Part shown: positions 9,843 to 19,866 of the stretch, piece by piece
Layout: every line of letters begins with the position of its first letter
Position numbering within the stretch: position 1 is the stretch's first letter
From: an uncultured Candidatus Saccharibacteria bacterium
Lineage (GTDB): Bacteria; Patescibacteriota; Minisyncoccia; Phycocordibacterales; XYD1-FULL-46-19
Length of the DNA: 64,000 nucleotides
NCBI GenBank assembly: GCA_964639285.1
Contig: CAZXCI010000002.1
Location: 45,660-109,659, forward strand
Reading direction: 5' to 3'
Made by a program: the position numbers and the translations under genes
The notes under the pieces: model-generated
Told to the model about the DNA's origin: nothing
Databases searched by the model: none
Seen by the model: the letters and a program-made list of their open reading frames with translations, nothing else

Positions 9843-9934
9843 GGAGAGGTGGCTGAGTGGTCGAAAGCGCCTCACTGCTAACGAGGTAGGGGTCTTAAAG
9901 CCCCTCGAGGGTTCGAATCCCTCCCTCTCCGCCA
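9843..9934 (+). tRNA. tRNA-Ser (anticodon GCU)
   Basis: GGAGAGGTGGCTGAGTGGTCGAAAGCG... with a long variable arm, anticodon loop CTGCTAA, acceptor GGAGAGG/CCTCTCC, discriminator G and an encoded CCA. Confidence 0.85.
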
Positions 9935-10028
9935 AGACAATTTAGTATCGGTGTGACCCGAGTGCTTTAGAAGGTCTCGGATCTGTAAAACTTATGGATT
10001 TGAAGTAAGATTGTTTTGTTGTGAAAAA

Positions 10029-11765
10029 TTAATAAGAATCAACCCCAATATAGTTTTTCCCATCAATCTTTTCAATCTTCAGATTAGAAAAATTTCCCTT
10101 TTCACCCCTCCATTCGTTTGAAAACCCCCAATCATTCCATTTCCAAACAGAAACATAATTACCATTACATCTTGGCTTTTGCGAGTAATTTCCTTCGGTC
10201 GTGATTAAATCATTTTTTCCGTCACCATCAATGTCGGCAAAAGTAAATTCGCAATTTGGTGCCTCAAGATTCGACGATTGCCAAATTGGTTTAATGACTC
10301 CATTGATAAGATCAAAGACAAAAAAGTGATTTTTTATACTCATATCATCTTCTTTAACCCAAAATGGTTTCGACGAGCCAAAATTACCGGACTTCCAGAC
10401 GGATAAATTTATATCTTTAACCCCATCATTATTAGAATCAGCCAGAACAAAACTATCTACCCACCAATCAGCTGATGATTGCCAAATCATTTTTGAACCT
10501 TCGGTAATAGTCAATCGACCGTCTTCTAAAACATAAGTTTCCGGAGTTGAATTATCATCTAAATCGGCCTGATCTTTTTTTGAAGCGATTACCCTATCTT
10601 TATTGGCTTCATTATAAATTGTTGCAATAGGTATTTTGTCAAAATTATTAGTTTGATTGTTCCAAAAATATGCGATCTTGTTCGCCAAGGGAAATTTTAA
10701 CCTCTTCAAAATGTCCTTTGCTTCATTATCGTTAGCCATTCTGGGCTGAGCTAGCTTTTCCATAACTACAGGCAAAAAAGAAATCTTACTGATTCCAGTT
10801 TTCGTAAAATATACCCTAACTATTAACCCCCCTCTTGTCTCTTGTAACCATGGCTGGTCAAAAACAAAATTCCCCAGACTGTAAAAAATGTATTTTCCTT
10901 TATATTTTTCCATCGTTTGAACTACGTGGGGGTGGTGCCCAATAATTAAATCAGCTCCGGCCTCAATGGCGGTGTGAGCGAAATTTATCTGTGAATTATC
11001 TGGTTGATCAGCATATTCAATACCTGAATGTATCGAGACAATAACAAAATCAGCTTTTTGTTTTGCGATTCTCACTACTTCGATCATTTTATCAGCTCTC
11101 ATAAAAGCTGTACCAACACGAGTATCGCTCGCCTCATATGAAGCTGGCACAACATCAGAATCGTTATAAGCCAAAAAAGCAAACTTAAGACCTTTCACTT
11201 CCACATAAACTGGTTGATTAGCTTCTCTCTCATCTTTTCCAGCTCCAACATATTTAATATTGACATTATTTAGATAATTAAAAGTATCTATTAATCCATT
11301 CTCACCAAAATTAGAGGTATGATTATTAGCTAATGATAAAATAGAAAAACCAGCATCCTTTAATGCCTGTTCAGTTCCCGGGTTTGACCGAAAAATCATC
11401 TCAAGATCAAGAATTTCTCGTCCTTCCGTAATCGGTGTTTCTAAATTGCCAAAAACTAAGTCTGCACCTTTTAAATAATCTTGAATTTTTAAGAACGGGT
11501 AATTGATATTTTTTTGTTTTTCCACAATCCTTTCTACCGCTCGCGAATAAGAAACATCACCAACAGCAATTAAAGAAACCTCCTCGCTAGCTTGAGGAAG
11601 TTTCTTTTTCTGTGCTGAAAAATCTAGGAAGTCTTTATTGGCTTGTGGCTGATTGCTTGTCGTTTTCTTGTCGGCAGAGAAATGTGAATAATAACTACCG
11701 CCCAAAATGGCGACAGCCAGAACAAAAAGAGAAAATAATATTATCCACGTAATTCTTCTTAGCAT
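10029..11765 (-). CDS. CapA/PgsA-family metallophosphoesterase with C-terminal FG-GAP/VCBS-like repeats
   Basis: 578 aa with an N-terminal TM anchor and a CapA-like core (GDVSYSR..., GNLETP, IHSGIEY, GHHPHV, SLGNFVFDQ). The C-terminus has repeated DxDGDG/NNDG motifs. Confidence 0.6.
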   Translation of the reverse strand: MLRRITWIILFSLFVLAVAILGGSYYSHFSADKKTTSNQPQANKDFLDFSAQKKKLPQASEEVSLIAVGDVSYSRAVERIVEKQKNINYPFLKIQDYLKGADLVFGNLETPITEGREILDLEMIFRSNPGTEQALKDAGFSILSLANNHTSNFGENGLIDTFNYLNNVNIKYVGAGKDEREANQPVYVEVKGLKFAFLAYNDSDVVPASYEASDTRVGTAFMRADKMIEVVRIAKQKADFVIVSIHSGIEYADQPDNSQINFAHTAIEAGADLIIGHHPHVVQTMEKYKGKYIFYSLGNFVFDQPWLQETRGGLIVRVYFTKTGISKISFLPVVMEKLAQPRMANDNEAKDILKRLKFPLANKIAYFWNNQTNNFDKIPIATIYNEANKDRVIASKKDQADLDDNSTPETYVLEDGRLTITEGSKMIWQSSADWWVDSFVLADSNNDGVKDINLSVWKSGNFGSSKPFWVKEDDMSIKNHFFVFDLINGVIKPIWQSSNLEAPNCEFTFADIDGDGKNDLITTEGNYSQKPRCNGNYVSVWKWNDWGFSNEWRGEKGNFSNLKIEKIDGKNYIGVDSY

Positions 11766-11770
11766 TCATT

Positions 11771-14035
11771 TTATTTGGCCACAAACGCCTTGGTCCAGTC
11801 CGGTAATTGCGGAGCTTGACCAGTGTTAAGCATATCTCGCCATTTTTTGTCGGTTAAGCGATCGGACATTGGCCATGAAAATTCATAGTAAGAATAAACT
11901 CCGCCCTTGGCGATTCTTAATTTACCATCAATCGGAACCACCACATAAATTTCAGAGATTTTACCCGTCCCTTCTTCTAAGACTTGGCCATTGGGATCAG
12001 TGGCAACATCTGCGATGATCGCCGCTGGGTTCTGGCTCAGATAATTACTTGGGCTGTTCATCTGTTTGAATTGAGGTTCATCTTTATTTATTTCAAGCCA
12101 AAGATGTTCAAGATCTCCGCCATATGACCGAATCAGCTCGTATTCGTCATCGGTCAATTTTTCATTGCTTAATTCTTTTTCGGATATTACCTTAAGCTTT
12201 AGTGCGAGTTCTTCCATTATGCCCAAATTTTCCTTCATACTCGACGTTAAGAGCCCTCGAATTTCTAAACCAGAACTGGTCATTTTGAGAAGCGAGGATA
12301 AACGCGCATAAACATAAGGGTTTGGTTCGACATAGCCACGGTCATCCTTCTGGTCTGGCCCACCACCGCCTTTTTCAGCATAAACTTGTTTAGCGTAAAG
12401 AATAGTATCATGCTTTAATTCACTCCAACTTCCCAAAAAGGTATTAAGGTCTTTTCTTGCCCACGCTTCATTTTGCATAAATGTTGGGTAACCATTCGTT
12501 TTTTCTTCAATTAGTGGTTTGAGTTGATATAACCAACCCCAATATAGATTTTGAGTCCAATTTTCAACTGGCAAACCGGCAATGTATGATCGCATTTTGG
12601 ACATATTTTCAGGATAGCAGGCGTATTGAGTTTCTCCTTGACCAGCCAAGATATTTAAGGCCTCTTTTGATCCCAAAGCTGAGGGGATATCCAATCCCTT
12701 GGGCAACATCCGGCCACTGGCAAAGGTCGCCCCAGCGGGACAAGGGTCTCCTTTGGGCCCAACCTCTCTAGTAATCAATCGCTGAAAGATGGCGGCATCA
12801 ATGGTAAACCGTTGCCCCATAAACCTAAACCCTTTGATTTCTTTTTCTCGGTCAGGCTGAATATCCGCGTTGAAAATTGGCATTGAATTTATTTGTGGTG
12901 GTTCAAGGGCTTTTGTTTCATCAACAAAGGAAGTAAATTTATTTTGATCAGTGGAGATAGTCTGAAGCTCTGCGTTGCCATAGATTTTTACCACTAAATC
13001 ACCGAATTGGTAATAGGTAATATCATCACTTTTGCCGACAAAAAAGTTAATTGGCTCATAAATTTTGTTCCAGCTGACCTGATTACTTTCTTTATTTAGA
13101 GCTAGCGTGATTAGAATACTTGATTTTATTTCATCGTCGTTTTTCAGACGGAAAGTCAATCGGCCATACCACATCATTGACTTAAAATAAGCTTTTAATT
13201 GTTCGGTCTTGTCGTAATGGCCCCTCGGAATGTATTGCGAATAGTCTTCTTTTAAAGCATCTGGGACATTATTGGTATCGCTACCCATATTCATCACCGG
13301 GGAAACGGTGATACCTTGATGGGTCTCAATTAATGCCAATTCCTGCCCAACTTCATTTTGGACAACAGATGGTACGATTACTGAAGAATCTAAGAGTTTA
13401 CTGCCAACCGCAAAAAATCCAACATTCCTTTTGGCGGCATTTTCCCATTCAGTACCCTTCAAACTATCGTATTGACTTAGGGCTTCAGCCAGCATTCCTG
13501 CATTAAGCTGTTTCAGTTCCGCCGTAAGTTTTTGCTCTTCCAATTGCTTAAGCAAAAAATCAAACATCAAGTGGTAATTATGAAGCATGGAATCAGTCGT
13601 CACGAAGTTTGGCACAAAACTATACCGATTTGATTCATAAAGCGAATAGAATTCGTTATTATAAGCTGGTTTGACGACAAAGGCGTTTTTTACTAGCAAA
13701 TTTTTTGCCTCAGTCGAAAAAGTAAAGTCACTAGCATTAGTGACATTGCTCAAATCCTGACTAACCGAATAAGCCGGAACTTTGGGTGTAACATTTACCG
13801 ATACCTCTTCATAAGTGGCAAATTTAGAGGCAAACGCCACAGCTGGCTTAGTAGTATCTTTAATAGCCTCTTGTCCTGATTTAGGAATAACGAAATAAAC
13901 GACCAAAGCTACTAGGGCAAGCACTACTAAAACACCCACAATGACTAAAAAATTATTTTTCTTAGGATTTGGTTCTGGAATAATCGGAGGAAGAACTGTT
14001 TTTGAAAATGGCTGATTAAAATTTTGATTGTCCAT
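11771..14035 (-). CDS. Large membrane-anchored hypothetical protein (possibly DUF3160-like)
   Basis: 754 aa with an N-terminal TM anchor followed by a large extracytoplasmic domain. The family assignment is tentative. Confidence 0.35.
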   Translation of the reverse strand: MDNQNFNQPFSKTVLPPIIPEPNPKKNNFLVIVGVLVVLALVALVVYFVIPKSGQEAIKDTTKPAVAFASKFATYEEVSVNVTPKVPAYSVSQDLSNVTNASDFTFSTEAKNLLVKNAFVVKPAYNNEFYSLYESNRYSFVPNFVTTDSMLHNYHLMFDFLLKQLEEQKLTAELKQLNAGMLAEALSQYDSLKGTEWENAAKRNVGFFAVGSKLLDSSVIVPSVVQNEVGQELALIETHQGITVSPVMNMGSDTNNVPDALKEDYSQYIPRGHYDKTEQLKAYFKSMMWYGRLTFRLKNDDEIKSSILITLALNKESNQVSWNKIYEPINFFVGKSDDITYYQFGDLVVKIYGNAELQTISTDQNKFTSFVDETKALEPPQINSMPIFNADIQPDREKEIKGFRFMGQRFTIDAAIFQRLITREVGPKGDPCPAGATFASGRMLPKGLDIPSALGSKEALNILAGQGETQYACYPENMSKMRSYIAGLPVENWTQNLYWGWLYQLKPLIEEKTNGYPTFMQNEAWARKDLNTFLGSWSELKHDTILYAKQVYAEKGGGGPDQKDDRGYVEPNPYVYARLSSLLKMTSSGLEIRGLLTSSMKENLGIMEELALKLKVISEKELSNEKLTDDEYELIRSYGGDLEHLWLEINKDEPQFKQMNSPSNYLSQNPAAIIADVATDPNGQVLEEGTGKISEIYVVVPIDGKLRIAKGGVYSYYEFSWPMSDRLTDKKWRDMLNTGQAPQLPDWTKAFVAK

Positions 14036-14258
14036 ATTTTTCTAATTAAAAATTGACTATTTTTATTTTAAATTTACGACTTTATTAATATCATTCTAAT
14101 TTTACCACAATTAACGATGTATTCACAAATGCCTAATTATGCTCGGTGAGTAATGTCAACGTCTTATCTTTGTATACAATCCTCGATCTCAAGTTTGCCA
14201 ACAATTCTCGCTTTTCGATAGTCGTTCCTTCCTTCAAAATATACTTGGCATAATTACG

Positions 14259-14777
14259 AATGTCGGTTTCTTTGTTATTTTAGATCTTTTCAGTCGAGCC
14301 AAGCACCGATCGCTGAAATATTTTGATTATATTTATGCTGTTCTACACTCGCCGAGTTATCGTGAGAAGTACAAAGAATTTCTCAAAATAGATTTTCCTC
14401 GCGTGCCATATCCAAAAGACAAGAAGCAGTTTGGGGGACTAGTTACGCTCGGTCGTGAACTGCGAGAGATTCATCTGCTCGAATCACCAAAAGTAAGCGA
14501 GTTTATTACGACCTATCCAGTTTCCGGTTCAGACACTGTTGAGAAAATCTCATATAAAAATGGCAATGTATATATAAATGTCGAGCAGTATTTCGGTGAT
14601 GTCCCAGAAGTGGCCTGGAACTTTTATATTGGTGGTTACCAACCGGCGCAAAAGTGGCTCAAAGACCGCAAAGGCCGTACCCTCACCAATGGAGACATCG
14701 AACACTATCAAAGAATCATCGTAGCCCTAGTGGAAACGGACAGGATCATGAAAGAAATTGATAGGGTGATTTTGTAG
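14259..14777 (+). pseudogene. C-terminal remnant of a type IIG RM / BREX PglX-like N6-adenine DNA methyltransferase
   Basis: A 172-codon ORF begins directly after an in-frame stop. It encodes ...YFDYIYAVLHSPSYREKYKEFLKIDFPRVPYP... and ...YIGGYQPAQKWLKDRKGRTLTNGDIEHYQRIIVALVETDRIMKEID, the conserved C-terminal module of type IIG/Eco57I/MmeI/PglX-type methyltransferases. The upstream roughly 900 aa of the enzyme is missing. Confidence 0.65.
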
Positions 14778-14829
14778 CACAAAAACACCATACTTCCAAT
14801 ATTTTAGATGTCAATAATATCAACAGTGC

Positions 14830-15552
14830 ATGTTTGCATTTTATACACAGGTTATGTACACTTTAGATATGAGCACTAAATACGCATCATTTATAAAATC
14901 CCTTAGAACAAAAAGGGGTATTTCACAGTCAACAGTGGCCGAAAAACTCGGACTCTCACGCCAATCATACATGGCTGTGGAGCGGGGAAGGCGAGAGATG
15001 ACCTTGCAGGAGGCAGAAAAATTATGTGAACTATATGGTATCTCAATTGAGGAACTTTCAAAAGTAACAGCCCCACAGTACGAAAAATATAAGCAGATGA
15101 TTCTGGTGTATCTCAAATATCCAGTATCAAGGGATGGACGAGTGCCAAAGACGAAACTTGCAAAACTCCTCTATCTTGCTGACTTTGCTTGGTATTACGA
15201 GAAACTGGAAAGCATGAGCGGAATGCAGTACCTGCGTCGCGTTTACGGGCCTGTTCCTGATCCATACTTCCGAGCACTTGACGAACTCGAAGAGGAAGGA
15301 AAGATCGTCGTAGACCGCAGGGGAGACGCGATGCTTGTATCTATTGGTGCAGGAGCGAGCCGTCAGAAACTAGATCTCCTTCAGAGTGATGAGGTTAAGC
15401 TTATGAAAAAGATCTCCACAAAGTGGAAAGATAAAAGGACTCAAGAAATTGTCGATTTTACCCATGAACAGCTTCCATATAAACTGTGTGCACCCGACGA
15501 GGCTATCCCCTACGAACTAATCACACAGGAAAATCCGGAATATGTCTACTAG
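14830..15552 (+). CDS. HTH (XRE-type) plus Panacea (DUF4065/SocA-like) domain antitoxin candidate
   Basis: The N-terminus has the HTH ISQSTVAEKLGLSRQSYMAVERGRREMTLQEAEKLCELYGISIEEL. The C-terminus has the Panacea-like core KTKLAKLLYLADFAWYYEKLESMSGMQYLRRVYGPVPDPY. The start could instead be the ATG at 14869. Confidence 0.6.
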   Translation: MFAFYTQVMYTLDMSTKYASFIKSLRTKRGISQSTVAEKLGLSRQSYMAVERGRREMTLQEAEKLCELYGISIEELSKVTAPQYEKYKQMILVYLKYPVSRDGRVPKTKLAKLLYLADFAWYYEKLESMSGMQYLRRVYGPVPDPYFRALDELEEEGKIVVDRRGDAMLVSIGAGASRQKLDLLQSDEVKLMKKISTKWKDKRTQEIVDFTHEQLPYKLCAPDEAIPYELITQENPEYVY

Positions 15553-15937
15553 CTATGTGGTTATTGTCGAAAAATTTGCCGAACGACACTACATCTCAAA
15601 ATTCAAGAAGAAGTATAAAAATGCTTGGGATATTACATGGAACGCTATCACGGAACAATTCAAGCGCATTGAAACTCTTATCGGAGTAAATAGTATTGTA
15701 GAAATTATCTGTGATGCAGGAGATATAAAAATCTGCAAAACGGAATTCCGTATCGCAGGACCTGGAAAATCTCGCCATGCTTCGGGAAATAGATGTATTA
15801 TTGCGGTGCAGAAAAGCACCGCAATTGTGCACACGCTTCTTGTGTATTCGAAAGGCGACATCAGTGGAACGAATGAGACGGCTGGGTGGAAAGCCATTGT
15901 CAAAGATAACTATCCAAAATATAGAGGACTCCTATAG
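15542..15937 (+). CDS. Putative toxin partner of the Panacea-domain antitoxin (novel small protein)
   Basis: 131 aa with an 11-nt overlap with the upstream Panacea gene, which is typical TA operon architecture. No confident family assignment. Confidence 0.45.
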   Translation: MSTSYVVIVEKFAERHYISKFKKKYKNAWDITWNAITEQFKRIETLIGVNSIVEIICDAGDIKICKTEFRIAGPGKSRHASGNRCIIAVQKSTAIVHTLLVYSKGDISGTNETAGWKAIVKDNYPKYRGLL

Positions 15938-16260
15938 TTTAGGATAATCAACCTCGTTTTTCCCCTCAGCGGACTTCGGTTTTGGAACCTCAAACTATTC
16001 AGGATGTACTTTGTAGATAGCCCTTAGTTTCTGTATACTTTTATCAAGATTCTCGAATTTGAGCCATACTTTTGGTTCAAAGTTGCGGACATCGTCTTCG
16101 CCAAGTTCTACATTCAGCGAAATTGAAAGATGTTGCCTCTAAAAAGTCCTTCTCGAAAAAGTTGTGGAGAAGAGTTTTTTCTGTTAAATCTAACTTTCTG
16201 TTAAAATATGGGTATCGGCAAAATGTTTATATTTTGTCTTTTATGAATTGAGACAAACTT

Positions 16261-18861
16261 ATGGAATTTGATATTCAAAAGAAAAATTTCTGGCATCTTT
16301 CGCCCGAGGAGACAGCTCAGCTGTTAGAAATAAATACTGAGAGGGGTTTATCTGCTCAAGATGTCGAAGACCGAGTGGCGACTTTTGGTCGAAATACCTT
16401 CGAGTCAACAGAGAGAGTGGGGAGATTAAAGATTCTTCTCCGACAATTAAAAAGTCCTCTGATTCTTATCCTTATTGGAGCGGGGATTGTCACACTTTTC
16501 ATCGCTCATTATCGGGATGCTATTTTTATTTTTTTCTCCGTTGTTGTCAATTCTCTGCTTGGTTTCTGGCAGGAGAATAAAGCCGAGCAGGCTTTGTCTG
16601 AGCTGAAGACTTATCTTAAACAAAGAGCGAGAGTTATTCGTGACGGCAAGGAACGAGAGATTGATGCCGAAGAGCTCGTCCCGGGCGACATTATTCGATT
16701 TGCTCAAGGTGATCGTGTGCCGGCGGATGCCCGAATCACTTTCGCGAACGAATTACAAATCGACGAGTCGGTGCTCACGGGGGAATCTTTGCCTGTCGCC
16801 AAAACAAGAGACAAAATACTTGATTCGGTAAAGATTGCTGATCAGACCTCGATGATTTTTGCTGGCACCTTGGTCACTCAGGGAGTAGGGACAGGGATTG
16901 TTTGTCGCACGGGTTCGAATACTGAGCTGGGGAAAATTGCCTCGCTCATCGCCAGTTCGGAGAACGAGAAGACATCTCTGCAGAAAGCGATTATAAAGTT
17001 TAGTCTCACTCTCAGTGCTATTCTTGGATTCTTGACACTCGCTGTCTTTATTGTTGGGATACTTTCTGGTCGGTCAGGGTTGGAGATGTTTCTCACTTCG
17101 GTGGCGATTGCTGTGGCGGCGATTCCTGAAGGTTTACCTATTTCTATGACCGTAATTTTGGCGGTGGGGGTGGAGAGAATGGCCAAACGTAAGGGAGTTG
17201 TTCGTAAACTTATTGCCGCAGAAGCTTTGGGTGGGACAACCATTATTTTAACAGACAAGACCGGAACTTTGACCATGGCTCGGATGGCTCTGTCTAGGAT
17301 TATTCCCTTTGGATCGAGTGAAGGGGAGATATTAAAGCGGGCTTTAGCCAATGCCATGGTTTTAGTTGAGAACCCAGAAGATTCTCCAGAAACTTGGCGA
17401 ATGGACGGTCGAATTATGGAGACGACATTAGTACGCTCGGCTGGGGGGTGGGGATTATCAGTCGATGAGATATTGGACAAGGGTCATGTTCTCCAGACAA
17501 GACCTTTTAACTCAGCTCAAAAGTTTTCGGCCTCTCTAATAAAGGAGTCTGATCGACATCTGGTCGTACTCTTTGGGGCGCCAGATATCTTGATTAAGCA
17601 TTCTTCGCTTGATGAGCAAAGAAGGAGGGAACTTCTCGATCAGATAGACAAACTGGCTTCATCTGGAGAACGAGTCCTCGGTCTGGCAACCAAAGAAATT
17701 TCAAACATAGACGATTTTTCCTTGTCTAAAGATTTTGATCCTATCGGCCTATCTTTCGATGGCCTTCTTACCTTTCGAGATCCTATTAGGCCGGGGATTA
17801 AATATACGGTCGAGCGTGTTGAGCGGGCGGGCATTAAGACGGTCGTCATGACCGGAGATCATCGGGGAACGGCGATTGCCGTAGCGAGAGAGATAGGCTT
17901 AACTATCGATAAGCGATCTGTGCTTGATGCTTCTGAATTAGCGATTCTGTCAGATGAAGAACTGAAAGATCGATTGCCTTATTTGTCGGTAATTTCACGA
18001 GTTACCCCTTCTGACAAACTTAGGGTTGCGAGGCTCTTCCAAGAATTAGGTGAAGTTGTCGCGATGACGGGGGATGGAGTTAACGATGCGCCAGCTATCA
18101 AACAAGCTGATGTCGGTATTGCGATGGGATCGGGTACAGAAGTAGCACAAAGTGTCGCTGATCTTGTCCTTCTTGACGATAATTTTGAGACAATCGTAGC
18201 CGCGATCGAAGAAGGGCGTCAGATTCTTGGCAATATCCGCAAGGTGTTAGTGTATTTTCTCTCAAACACAACTGATGAGCTCATTCTTATTGGAGGATCA
18301 ATTCTGGCGGGGATTCCTTTACCTTTGAATGCCCTTCAGATTTTGTGGGTCAATTTCTTTACTGATAGTTTCCCGGCTATTGCTTTTGCTTTTGAGAGAG
18401 AGGAAAATAGTCTTTCTCATAAACCCCACAGTAAAAAGATGGTACTCTTTGATCCACTAATGAAATTTCTCATTTTAATCATTGGTGTCTCAACCAGCGC
18501 TTTGTTGTTTGTCATTTATTTCGTCTTGTTGCGATTAGGATATGAACCCTCTTTTGTCAAGACGTTTACCTTCGCAGCCTTTGGGATATATACTCTTCTT
18601 GTGGCTTTCCCCATAAGAAGTCTCGGTAGGGGCATCCTGTCTTATCCTTTGTTTTCTAATCGGTATCTTTCTGGTGGGATCCTAATCGGTTTTGTTCTCA
18701 TGGCGGCGGCTGTTTATCTGCCAACCTTCCAGGATCTTTTTGGAACAGTTCCCTTACCATTTCCTTGGGTCGTCGGAGTGATTTTTATTGGGCTGTTTAA
18801 TGTCATCCTGATTGAGTTTGCTAAATTATTTTTTAGAATCAAATCAAAAAAATATGTTTAA
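16261..18861 (+). CDS. P-type ATPase, Ca2+/cation-transporting (type IIA-like)
   Basis: 866 aa with DKTGTLT phosphorylation, TGDHRGTA and TGDGVNDAPA motifs, and about 10 TM helices. Confidence 0.9.
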   Translation: MEFDIQKKNFWHLSPEETAQLLEINTERGLSAQDVEDRVATFGRNTFESTERVGRLKILLRQLKSPLILILIGAGIVTLFIAHYRDAIFIFFSVVVNSLLGFWQENKAEQALSELKTYLKQRARVIRDGKEREIDAEELVPGDIIRFAQGDRVPADARITFANELQIDESVLTGESLPVAKTRDKILDSVKIADQTSMIFAGTLVTQGVGTGIVCRTGSNTELGKIASLIASSENEKTSLQKAIIKFSLTLSAILGFLTLAVFIVGILSGRSGLEMFLTSVAIAVAAIPEGLPISMTVILAVGVERMAKRKGVVRKLIAAEALGGTTIILTDKTGTLTMARMALSRIIPFGSSEGEILKRALANAMVLVENPEDSPETWRMDGRIMETTLVRSAGGWGLSVDEILDKGHVLQTRPFNSAQKFSASLIKESDRHLVVLFGAPDILIKHSSLDEQRRRELLDQIDKLASSGERVLGLATKEISNIDDFSLSKDFDPIGLSFDGLLTFRDPIRPGIKYTVERVERAGIKTVVMTGDHRGTAIAVAREIGLTIDKRSVLDASELAILSDEELKDRLPYLSVISRVTPSDKLRVARLFQELGEVVAMTGDGVNDAPAIKQADVGIAMGSGTEVAQSVADLVLLDDNFETIVAAIEEGRQILGNIRKVLVYFLSNTTDELILIGGSILAGIPLPLNALQILWVNFFTDSFPAIAFAFEREENSLSHKPHSKKMVLFDPLMKFLILIIGVSTSALLFVIYFVLLRLGYEPSFVKTFTFAAFGIYTLLVAFPIRSLGRGILSYPLFSNRYLSGGILIGFVLMAAAVYLPTFQDLFGTVPLPFPWVVGVIFIGLFNVILIEFAKLFFRIKSKKYV

Positions 18862-19783
18862 TAATTTATTTATCTTTCTCGTTTCTTTGTTCATGGTTGT
18901 TAAAGGGTCGACTATGGCGACAAACTACGCTGGTAAATTAGCTAAGAGTTTTCGTCTTTCTAAATATACAATTGGTTTTGTTGTTGTTGCCTTTATCTCA
19001 GTCTTGCCAGAGACATTTATCTCAATAAGTGCCGCGATTAGTGGCTTGCCCTCTTTTGGTCTTGGGATTTTACTCAGTGCCATTTTCATAAACCTGACTC
19101 TCACCTTCGCCTTAATAATCTTCCTGTCTAGACGTAATCTCAAAATAGAGAGTAAGGTCTTGAGAAATAACACAATTTATCCATTCATCTTACTTCTGCC
19201 TCTCATCTTTGGTATCAATGGCCATCTCTCCAGGCTAGAGGGAGTTGTGCTTCTTGTCGTTGGGGTAATGTTTTATTGTTTTTTATTCAAGAGGGGGAAG
19301 AATAAAGTGTCCTTGTCTTATAATAAAAGAGATCAGGCGAAGAACTTCGCAATCTTATTGTTTAGTATGGCTTTGTTACTAGTCGGGGCGCACCTTGCTG
19401 TCATGTCGGCAACAGCCTTTGCCAATTATTTGGGAGTGAGTCCTATTCTTATTGGTATTCTTATTATCGCTTTTGGGACGACGATGCCTGAATTATTTTT
19501 CTCTCTTAAGGCCGTTAGACAAGGTGATGATTCTCTTGCTGTGGGGGATGTCTTAGGGACGGTCCTCGCGGATGCAACTATTGTTATTGGTCTTTTGACC
19601 CTGATTAGCCCGTTCTATTTCCCTGTTAGGATAATTTATACTACGGGTCTCTTCGTGATCTGGGCCTCTTTTATGTTGTTCCAATTTCTTCGATCCGAAC
19701 GAATCCTGTCTAAGCGTGAGGCTTGGATGTTGCTGGCTTTTTGGCTCCTGTTTGTCTTAGTCGAACTTCTTGCTAATAGTTAA
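18854..19783 (+). CDS. Ca2+/Na+ antiporter (CaCA family, YrbG-like)
   Basis: Two alpha-repeat motifs (FISVLPETFISI and GTTMPELFFSL) in a multi-TM protein. The ATG overlaps the ATPase stop. Confidence 0.8.
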   Translation: MFNNLFIFLVSLFMVVKGSTMATNYAGKLAKSFRLSKYTIGFVVVAFISVLPETFISISAAISGLPSFGLGILLSAIFINLTLTFALIIFLSRRNLKIESKVLRNNTIYPFILLLPLIFGINGHLSRLEGVVLLVVGVMFYCFLFKRGKNKVSLSYNKRDQAKNFAILLFSMALLLVGAHLAVMSATAFANYLGVSPILIGILIIAFGTTMPELFFSLKAVRQGDDSLAVGDVLGTVLADATIVIGLLTLISPFYFPVRIIYTTGLFVIWASFMLFQFLRSERILSKREAWMLLAFWLLFVLVELLANS

Positions 19784-19866
19784 TGATTCGTCGGGCTGGT
19801 GGTATTGGGGGGAGATTCTTGATATAGTTGCTTTAATTATTATTAATAATAAATATTTATAAAATT

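Noticed and set aside
15999-16130. 43-codon minus-strand open frame (…NFEPKVWLKFENLDKSIQKLRAIYKVHPE)
   Set aside because: It is coherent-looking, but it begins immediately after an in-frame stop with no start codon. At most it is a gene remnant, so it is not annotated as a feature.
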